From an uncultured Bacteroidales bacterium (GTDB lineage Bacteria; Bacteroidota; Bacteroidia; Bacteroidales; F082), in the NCBI GenBank assembly GCA_947164955.1, contig CAMUYT010000001.1, positions 1 through 53,600 of the forward strand: a stretch of DNA of 53,600 bases, read 5' to 3'. The notes under the pieces were generated by a model that ran no database searches, was not told where the DNA came from, and saw only the letters and a program-made list of their open reading frames with translations. The translations under genes and the position numbers were made by a program. This document shows, in pieces, positions 1 to 6,584 of the stretch. The stretch's first letter is position 1. The number at the start of each line of letters is the position of its first letter.

Positions 1-1337
1 GTGTAATACACGCCATTCTCGTTGACAACCAAATTGCTGATTCCAGAAAGTTCGGACAAGGCGTATAGAATTTCGCCGTCTTGCCAGATGCAGACAAGGG
101 TATCCGTCATGGAAACCCCTGACCAATAGAGGCTGCCGTCGAAGGCGGCGATGCATCCGAAGTTGGTGTTTTCGATTTGGTAGATGATGGAGTCGTTTTG
201 CAAAATGACACCGTAGGAAAGGTAGTCGTTTTCAACCACAAATCCCGATGCGAAGAGGTTCCCGCCATCAAAGCAGATGCTTTCGATGCTTGAAATGCTA
301 TCGGACAACCAAAGCAACGAGTCGTTTTTCCAAACGCTGGCATGGAAGAGGGAGTCGCTATTGAAGAAGATGGCACCACCGGCATAGATGTCGCCCGTCG
401 TTGTGTCGACCGCCAGGCTGTGAATGTGGCATTGGCCTTCGTCGTGGGTGTAGGAATAAAGGAGCTCGCCGTTTTGCCAAACGTTGTTGAAGCCCGCCAC
501 CGTCCAATCGTTGCCGTTGAGGGCGATGTGGTCGAAATGGGTGTTGGTGTCGGAGGTGAACACGCACGAGTCGTTCATCCAAACGCAGCCTTGAACAATT
601 GAGTCGTCGTAAGCATAGCCAGCTCCGTAAACCGTTCCGTCTTCCGCCACTTGGATGCCTCTCAGCTGAAGGTTGATGCTGTCGGTGAGGTCGTATAATA
701 ATGTGTTGTTTTTGAAGATTTTGCCAGTGTACGATTGGTTGCCTGAGACGTAAACATCTTGAGGTTGGGGCTGTGGTCCGTCCCAATCGAAATAGGTCTT
801 CACGGTCCAGTCGCCATAGTTCAAAAGATACCATTCGTTTAGGGCGCTGTTCCATGACCAATGCCCGTTACCGCTCGGGTCGTTGCCTTCGCAAACGCCC
901 ATGGGCCAAGCGGTCAACTGTTGGTCACATACCCAAACGACCCAAATCTCAGCATCACCCGTTACCCACACAGGCGTGTCGAGGTCGTATTCCGCCCAAT
1001 CGTTAAGGCTTTGTGGCACGTCAAAAGTTTTGGTTGAAACCAACAGGCCTCCAAGATGGGGTTGCCCGCCCACGTATACGGAGCAGGTGTATCTTCCGCC
1101 CACGGCATTATAAAGCGTGTCGCTAAAAATGGCCACTTTGGTGATGCATGTTCCCGCATAGTCGGCCAGCATGTCGGCTGGATAGCTGACGGCGGCGGTA
1201 AAGGGGATTCCTCCACCGATGGCGTTGTTGAATTCGCCGCCGCAGTAGGTGTGCCAGCCGTGCAGGGGCGTGTTTTGGGCTTGCCCAATGCCCAAGCCCA
1301 TCATCATCAGGGCGAGTAAAACTATGGTCTTTTTCAT
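1..1337 (-). CDS. Secreted repeat protein (beta-propeller-like W-x-N-[GD] repeats); 3' end cut by the window edge
   Basis: Not in the supplied ORF track because it runs off the left edge. The minus-strand ATG at 1337-1335 gives MKKTIVLLALMMMGLGIGQAQNTPLH, a signal peptide. I hand-translated three stretches in this frame (3-190, 360-419, 600-719); all are open and protein-like. Recurrent units: IFKNNTLLYDL, VWMNDSCVF, VWQNGELLYSY, VWKNDSLLWLS, ILQNDSIIYQI, IWQDGEILYAL. Confidence 0.7.
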   Translation of the reverse strand, partial: MKKTIVLLALMMMGLGIGQAQNTPLHGWHTYCGGEFNNAIGGGIPFTAAVSYPADMLADYAGTCITKVAIFSDTLYNAVGGRYTCSVYVGGQPHLGGLLVSTKTFDVPQSLNDWAEYDLDTPVWVTGDAEIWVVWVCDQQLTAWPMGVCEGNDPSGNGHWSWNSALNEWYLLNYGDWTVKTYFDWDGPQPQPQDVYVSGNQSYTGKIFKNNTLLYDLTDSINLQLRGIQVAEDGTVYGAGYAYDDSIVQGCVWMNDSCVFTSDTNTHFDHIALNGNDWTVAGFNNVWQNGELLYSYTHDEGQCHIHSLAVDTTTGDIYAGGAIFFNSDSLFHASVWKNDSLLWLSDSISSIESICFDGGNLFASGFVVENDYLSYGVILQNDSIIYQIENTNFGCIAAFDGSLYWSGVSMTDTLVCIWQDGEILYALSELSGISNLVVNENGVYY

Positions 1338-1429
1338 TGTTTTGAGATTTTTCAAAAAAGTGTACTTGATGAACCCGCAAAAGTAGGCAAAATTTCTCAA
1401 AACTCTTGACAGCTTCCGAAAAAAATCCC

Positions 1430-1437
1430 TACCTTTG
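1430..1437 (+). promoter_or_regulatory. Bacteroidota-type -7 promoter box (TAnnTTTG) for the riboswitch operon
   Basis: TACCTTTG lies just upstream of the riboswitch aptamer and matches the TAnnTTTG -7 consensus of Bacteroides-type promoters. Confidence 0.4.
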
Positions 1438-1443
1438 CCGCCG

Positions 1444-1600
1444 ATATGCGGTGCCGAAAGGCTCAAAAGGGAATCAGGTGCAAATCCTGGACAGTTCCCG
1501 CTGCTGTAAACTCTTCACGCTGAGCATGATGCCACTGAAAACCACGTTTTTCGGGAAGGCGCAAGGCCCAAAGGAGTAAGTCAGAAGACCTGCCACATGT
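1444..1600 (+). promoter_or_regulatory. Cobalamin (B12) riboswitch aptamer
   Basis: Conserved core read directly: GGTGCC...AAAAGGGAATCAGGTGCAAATCCTGGACAGTTCCCGCTGCTGTAA (1450-1509), GCCACTG (1531-1537), GGGAAGGC (1553-1560), and the B12 box AGTCAGAAGACCTGCC (1579-1594). The ends are approximate. Confidence 0.85.
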
Positions 1601-1794
1601 CGGGCGAAACGATGCTTTCGGGACAAGAGCAGGCGTTCCTTATATAATAAGGTGTACTACCATTTCCCGAGGCATTTATTGACACGAGACGACGTGACAC
1701 GAGTCTTTCGACATGCTCAAGAATCTGTCCCGAGTCCCGAAGTCTCGAGTCCCGCGTCAGGAAATGAATTGTCAAACCTAAAAATTATATCATT

Positions 1795-2988
1795 ATGCGT
1801 AAAATCTTTACTATAACATTCCTCATGGGAATCTTCGGTCTGTTTTCGACCAACCTCTTTGCTCAAGAGGATGCATCAATCGACCCTGCCAACATCCGTT
1901 ATTGGATTGGCGAAGGCGAAAACGAAGTGGTTTTCATCGTCAACTGGAACGAGCCCGACACGGCTTTGGCTTGGGGCTACCGCTTCAGCGAAGAGAGCGT
2001 TACGGTGGAAGCCGTCATGGATGGCATTGCCGCCGTCGACACTCGCTTTGCCTATGACGCTGCAAGCGGCTGGCTGAGCGACATCACGTTCAACGACGGC
2101 GTCCTCGACCTGAAGTTGGCCGGCTCCTATTGGATGTTCAACGTGAACGGCGCCACGGCCATGGACCTCTACACCAACATCAACGTCGCCGATGGCGACT
2201 GGATCAAGTGGGGCGACGAATCCTGCGGCATCTTGATCGACCCCGTCAACTATTTCTACGTTTGGACGAAGGAAGTCGCTGCCGTGTATCCCCTGGCCGA
2301 CGAAGCCACGATTGACTTCTCCGAAATCCAATACTGGATTGGCGAAGGCGCCAACGAGGTGGTGTTTGCCGTCAACTGGGCCGAGCCTAACATCTGCTTG
2401 GCTTGGGGCTACCGTTTCGATGGCGAGAGCAAGATCTTGAAGGAAATCATGGACGACATCACTGCTGCCGATGCCCGCTTCAGCTATGTGCAAGGCGCTT
2501 GGGGCGTCGACGACATCAACTACAATGACGGCGAGCTTAACCTCGGTGTGTCGGAGTATTCCTACTTCCTGTACAACATCAACGGCATGATGGCCTGGTA
2601 CGGTTACGACCAACAGGAAATCGTTGCTGGCGACTTCATCAAATGGGGTGACATGGCATGCGGCACCGAAATTGCCGAGTGGACCTACGTTTGGGAGCAA
2701 CCCGTCGAACCCGTTAGCGTCTACACCAATGTGAACGAAAACGCCAACACTACGCTTTCGGTCTACCCGAATCCCGCTGTGAGCGAGACCTTTGTGACCA
2801 TCGCCAATGCCGGCATGAATGAGGTTTCGGTTTATGACATGCAAGGCCGCATGGTCGGCACGATGAACGTCGAGGCCATGGCTGGCGAACAAGTGCGTAT
2901 CAGCACGGCTGAACTGAACGCTGGTGTTTACTTCATTAATGTGAAGAGCGAAAACGCTGTCAGCACAGCAAAACTCGTCGTGAAATGA
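1795..2988 (+). CDS. T9SS-sorted secreted protein with two tandem ~130-aa domains (possible corrinoid-binding, transcobalamin-beta/DUF4430-like motif)
   Basis: Signal peptide MRKIFTITFLMGIFGLFSTNLFAQ. Internal duplication of aa 30-161 and aa 174-304 (YWIGEG.NEVVF.VNW.EP..LAWGYRF ... NG ... GD.IKWGD). The C-terminal LSVYPNPAVSETFVTI...GVYFINVKSENAVSTAKLVVK looks like a type A Por/T9SS sorting domain. It is the first gene after the B12 riboswitch. Confidence 0.85.
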   Translation: MRKIFTITFLMGIFGLFSTNLFAQEDASIDPANIRYWIGEGENEVVFIVNWNEPDTALAWGYRFSEESVTVEAVMDGIAAVDTRFAYDAASGWLSDITFNDGVLDLKLAGSYWMFNVNGATAMDLYTNINVADGDWIKWGDESCGILIDPVNYFYVWTKEVAAVYPLADEATIDFSEIQYWIGEGANEVVFAVNWAEPNICLAWGYRFDGESKILKEIMDDITAADARFSYVQGAWGVDDINYNDGELNLGVSEYSYFLYNINGMMAWYGYDQQEIVAGDFIKWGDMACGTEIAEWTYVWEQPVEPVSVYTNVNENANTTLSVYPNPAVSETFVTIANAGMNEVSVYDMQGRMVGTMNVEAMAGEQVRISTAELNAGVYFINVKSENAVSTAKLVVK

Positions 2989-3962
2989 GGAAACTCTTAT
3001 CCATAGTGATGGCCATGCTGCCGGCTGCGTTGTGGGCACAGTTTGCGCCTGCGGCAGGACTGCCCGGCAGCACGGCCATGCATGCCGACTCGTCGGCATT
3101 CGTGGCTTGGGCTACGGGTTGCACCGTCGAACGCGGCTTGCAAAATATAGCTAAGCCTTCATTGGGTGTGGCCAACTTTGGCGAAGAGGCTTTGGCCTTG
3201 GGCAAGCCCGGTGGCACGATGGACGTCGTCAGCCTTGGCGATGGCGGCGTGGCCACCTTGACTTTCGGTTCTCCCATTTACAATGGTGACGGCCCCGATT
3301 TTGCCGTGTTCGAGAACGGCTTTGCCAACGCACAACATCCCGACGAATACTTCCTTGAAATTGCATTTGTGGAAGTGAGCTCCGATGGCGAAAACTTCTT
3401 CCGTTTCCCAGCCGTCTGCAACGTGCCTTACGAGACGCAACTGAATGGCTCTGGCACGATTGTCCCCACGCTCATCCATAACTTCGCAAGCAAATATGAG
3501 GCTTTCTATGGCACGCCTTTCGACCTCGACGAGGTGGAAGACAACGCCTTGCTCGACAAGCAGCGCATCACCCATGTGCGCCTTATCGACGTGGTGGGCA
3601 GCATCGACCATGAATATGCCACCTACGACTCGGAAGGACACATTGTCAACGACCCGTTCCCGACGCCTTTCGGCTCGAGCGGCTTCGACTTGGATGCCGT
3701 CGGCGTGATTCACGACTTGGCGCACAACGATGTAAATGAAAACGAGAACGTTCGTGTGACCATGTATCCCAATCCCGTCAAAGCCAGTCTGCAAGTCAAA
3801 GCGGATGGGTTGCAAACGGTTGAGGTCTTCAATCTTGTCGGTCAGTTGGTGCTGACTTCGAAGAGCGAGTCCATCGACTTGAGCGAATTGGAAGATGGAC
3901 TTTATTTCGTCCGCGTGGTTTGCGAAGGCGGAATGGCTACGAAACGTATTGTGAAACAATAA
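2985..3962 (+). CDS. T9SS-sorted secreted protein, function unknown
   Basis: The ATGA start/stop overlap with the upstream gene suggests translational coupling. Signal peptide MRKLLSIVMAMLPAALWAQ. The C-terminal MYPNPVKASLQVKA...DGLYFVRVVCEGGMATKRIVKQ looks like a T9SS sorting domain. The core motif GDGPDFAVFENGF...FLEIAFVEVSSDGENFFRFP belongs to no family I can name. Confidence 0.8.
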   Translation: MRKLLSIVMAMLPAALWAQFAPAAGLPGSTAMHADSSAFVAWATGCTVERGLQNIAKPSLGVANFGEEALALGKPGGTMDVVSLGDGGVATLTFGSPIYNGDGPDFAVFENGFANAQHPDEYFLEIAFVEVSSDGENFFRFPAVCNVPYETQLNGSGTIVPTLIHNFASKYEAFYGTPFDLDEVEDNALLDKQRITHVRLIDVVGSIDHEYATYDSEGHIVNDPFPTPFGSSGFDLDAVGVIHDLAHNDVNENENVRVTMYPNPVKASLQVKADGLQTVEVFNLVGQLVLTSKSESIDLSELEDGLYFVRVVCEGGMATKRIVKQ

Positions 3963-3973
3963 ATTATTGAGTT

Positions 3974-5041
3974 ATGAAGAAACAAAAATGGATGTTGCTG
4001 GCTGCTTTGGCCGCGATGATGTTTGCCTGCAAACCCAACCAGCCTATTGATCCCGAGGGCTTTTCGGTGGGTTCGGGCGTGTTGGTGCTCAACGAAGGCA
4101 ACTACCAATACTCCAACGCCTCCTTGACGTTCTATGACCCAGTGGCCGACACTGTGGCCAACAACCTGTTTTACCGCGTGAACGATGCCCCGTTGGGCGA
4201 TGTGGGACAAAGCATGGCCTTGGTCGACGGGAAGCTTTACATCGTCGTCAACAACAGCAACTATATCTATAAGGTGGACGCCAACACCATGGTGTGCGAC
4301 ACGACGAAGCCCTTCCGCCTCACCGATTTCTACTCGCCGCGCGAGATGCAGTTCGTCGCGCCCAACAAAGCTTATGTTAGTGATTTGTACAGCTCTCAGC
4401 TGTGGATTGTCAACCCTCAGGACATGACTCATGCAGGCAGTATCGAGATGGGCAAGGCCACGGAGAAGATGGTGCTGGTGGGCAATGAGCTCTATGTGAG
4501 CAACTGGTCGAACACCTTTGTGCAAGGTGTGGAGAAGAACACCGTGCAGGTAGTCGATGTCAACAACGACGTGAAGGTCGCTGAAATCACGGTGGGGAAG
4601 GAGCCCAACACGATGGCGGTCGACAGGAACGGCCATGTGTGGGTGCTTTGCGAAGGCGCCACATGGGAAGCCGATGGCGAGAATCCTAGCCTTTGGGAGA
4701 TCGACCCGCAGCTGAAGATTGCCGCAAAACGATGCGAGTTTGAAGGCACTGCCTTATGCGTCAGGGCAAATCCATCAGGCGACCAGCTTTATGTTATCAA
4801 CGGCAACGTGGTGCGCCGTTTCGACATCGCCACGTTGAGTTTGTCGGAGACGTTCCATATCGAAGGCGAGTCCCAGTCGATGTTCTACAATATGGCAGTC
4901 GAGCCGACGACGGGCGACATATACATCGCCGATGCCAAGAACTTCGTGATGAACGGCACGGTGTATCGCTATTCCAACGATGGCGTGCTGTTGGCTTCGT
5001 TCACGGCAGGCCTCATCCCCAGTGCAATGTTGTTTAAATAA
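3974..5041 (+). CDS. Surface lipoprotein, YncE/BtuG-like beta-propeller
   Basis: Lipoprotein signal MKKQKWMLLAALAAMMFAC. GVLVLNEGNYQYSNASLTFYDP and repeated blade-like segments resemble the propeller lipoproteins found in Bacteroidota B12 loci. The family assignment is from memory, not from a search. Confidence 0.75.
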   Translation: MKKQKWMLLAALAAMMFACKPNQPIDPEGFSVGSGVLVLNEGNYQYSNASLTFYDPVADTVANNLFYRVNDAPLGDVGQSMALVDGKLYIVVNNSNYIYKVDANTMVCDTTKPFRLTDFYSPREMQFVAPNKAYVSDLYSSQLWIVNPQDMTHAGSIEMGKATEKMVLVGNELYVSNWSNTFVQGVEKNTVQVVDVNNDVKVAEITVGKEPNTMAVDRNGHVWVLCEGATWEADGENPSLWEIDPQLKIAAKRCEFEGTALCVRANPSGDQLYVINGNVVRRFDIATLSLSETFHIEGESQSMFYNMAVEPTTGDIYIADAKNFVMNGTVYRYSNDGVLLASFTAGLIPSAMLFK

Positions 5042-5055
5042 TTGATATTCTTTGA

Positions 5056-5107
5056 GGGGATGGCAAATCCCCAGCTCTGTTCGGGCGGATGGCACATCCG
5101 CCCGAAC
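5056..5107 (+). terminator. Two tandem stem-loops with a conserved loop (GGGGA-TGGCAAA-TCCCC; GTTCGGGCGGA-TGGCACA-TCCGCCCGAAC)
   Basis: A 5-bp stem at 5056-5072 and a perfect 11-bp stem at 5079-5107, followed by TTT. They sit between the propeller lipoprotein gene and the CWC gene. They could be a partial terminator, an mRNA stabiliser or a processing site. Confidence 0.45.
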
Positions 5108-5127
5108 TTTCTAAAACAATTCAACAA

Positions 5128-5292
5128 ATGACTAAAACCTGTCCCCGCTGCGGAAAAACATTCGAATGCGTCCATGCTGTGGATTGCTGGTGCGTCAAGG
5201 TGAAGCTCACTGACGCTACGAAAGCCTATTTGAAGGAACATTACAGCGACTGTCTGTGCAAGGAATGCCTCGATAAACTGAACCAACAATGA
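5128..5292 (+). CDS. Cysteine-rich CWC family small protein
   Basis: MTKTCPRCGKTFECVHAVDCWCVKV...CLCKECLDKL. I prefer the ATG at 5128 over the track start at 5089, because 5089 lies in the loop of the 11-bp hairpin. Confidence 0.7.
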   Translation: MTKTCPRCGKTFECVHAVDCWCVKVKLTDATKAYLKEHYSDCLCKECLDKLNQQ

Positions 5293-6413
5293 GAAAACTT
5301 TGGCTTTTGCTGTTGTTTCCTTTGTTGGCTTGTAGCCATCAAACGAAACAAACTGAAGAGATGGCGCACGGCGACAACCTGATGCGCTATGCGAAAAACA
5401 TCTCGGTCTACGAGAAAGACTACGGCTATCGCGCCGAGGTGCTCTGCCCTTGGGACACCACGCTTTCGTTGGGCTCGTTTGCTTTCGTGAAAGACACGAC
5501 AAAGGTCGTTGATACCGATGTGAAAGGCGTTTTGAAAGTCCCAGTCAATTCGGTGATTTCGTTTTCGGCCACGCAATGGGCTGTGTTTTTGCGTTTGGGT
5601 GAAATCAATCGCGTGAAAGGTATCCTCGAAGGACGTTTCGTGCATGATTCTACGATGCTTGGCCTGTTGGCGCAGGAGAAGGTTTACGACATTGGTACCG
5701 AGGCCGCTGCCGACGTGGAACGGATGATCCAGCTGAAGCCCGATGCCTTGCTTTATTCCCCTTATTTCGATGGCAACCAAGGTGGACTGAACGTCACGGG
5801 AGCGGTGCTGTTCCCCTTTGCCGACTATATGGAGAACACGCCTTTGGGTCGCGCCGAGTGGATCCGCGTCATCGGGATGCTGGCGGGCTGCGAGGACAAG
5901 GCTGACGCTTGGTTTGCCGACATTGAACGACGCTACAACGCGCTTTCCGGACTGTGTGCCAACGTGGAAACGCGCCCCACGGTGTTTTCCGACTTGGCTT
6001 TCAACGGGCAGTGGTACGTGGCAGGCGGTCGCAGCTACATCGCCAAGCTCTTCGCCGATGCCGGTGCCGACTATATCTGGAAAGACAACCCTTCGACGGC
6101 CAGCGTACCGATGGATGCCGAGAGCATCCTCGCCAAGGCACAGCATGCCGACTATTGGCGTGTCATCAATTCCAATCCTTTCCCGATGACCTACGAGTCG
6201 TTAGCCAAAGAGAGTCCCGTCTATCCGCTTTTCGACGCCTTCAAGAACCACAAAATCATTGTTTGTGACATCCTCCCCACGGGCTATTTCGAGCAGTCGC
6301 AATGCGAGCCTGACCTGCTATTGGCCGATTTCATCCATTTCTTCCACCCCGAACTTCTTACGGGCGAATGGGCTGATTATCAGCCTAAATATTACCATTT
6401 GGTAGGGGAATGA
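5289..6413 (+). CDS. ABC-type corrinoid/siderophore periplasmic binding lipoprotein (BtuF-like, Peripla_BP_2 type)
   Basis: ATGA overlap with the CWC gene. Lipoprotein signal MRKLWLLLLFPLLAC. The overall sequence pattern is typical of Fe3+-siderophore/B12 binding proteins, and the gene is in a B12 riboswitch operon. Confidence 0.75.
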   Translation: MRKLWLLLLFPLLACSHQTKQTEEMAHGDNLMRYAKNISVYEKDYGYRAEVLCPWDTTLSLGSFAFVKDTTKVVDTDVKGVLKVPVNSVISFSATQWAVFLRLGEINRVKGILEGRFVHDSTMLGLLAQEKVYDIGTEAAADVERMIQLKPDALLYSPYFDGNQGGLNVTGAVLFPFADYMENTPLGRAEWIRVIGMLAGCEDKADAWFADIERRYNALSGLCANVETRPTVFSDLAFNGQWYVAGGRSYIAKLFADAGADYIWKDNPSTASVPMDAESILAKAQHADYWRVINSNPFPMTYESLAKESPVYPLFDAFKNHKIIVCDILPTGYFEQSQCEPDLLLADFIHFFHPELLTGEWADYQPKYYHLVGE

Positions 6414-6584
6414 TCACCGTCTGAACGGACAGTCAGCCGAACAGCTGGCACAACCGCTGCAATTCCCTTTGTTTTTTCCGTCACTGCCACAGGAGCATTT
6501 GCCTTTGCCGCTTCGTAAAGTGTGGATGGCCAAAACGACCATCGCTAGGACGACCAACAGCACTATGACGGTAGCGAGGTTCAT
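6414..6584 (-). CDS. FeoB-associated Cys-rich small membrane protein
   Basis: MNLATVIVLLVVLAMVVLAIHTLRSGKGKCSCGSDGKNKGNCSGCASCSADCPFRR: one TM helix plus a Cys-rich tail. Its ATG overlaps the feoB stop (ATGA). The track ORF 6414..6716 is an upstream over-extension into feoB. Confidence 0.75.
   Translation of the reverse strand: MNLATVIVLLVVLAMVVLAIHTLRSGKGKCSCGSDGKNKGNCSGCASCSADCPFRR

Noticed and set aside
1876-3099. 407-aa minus-strand ORF; also 3159..3959, 3902..4636 and 5241..6146 on the minus strand
   Set aside because: These are antisense shadow ORFs. They fully overlap plus-strand genes that have signal peptides, sorting domains and recognisable motifs. Their translations are low-complexity (H/V/D/G-rich) with no motif.
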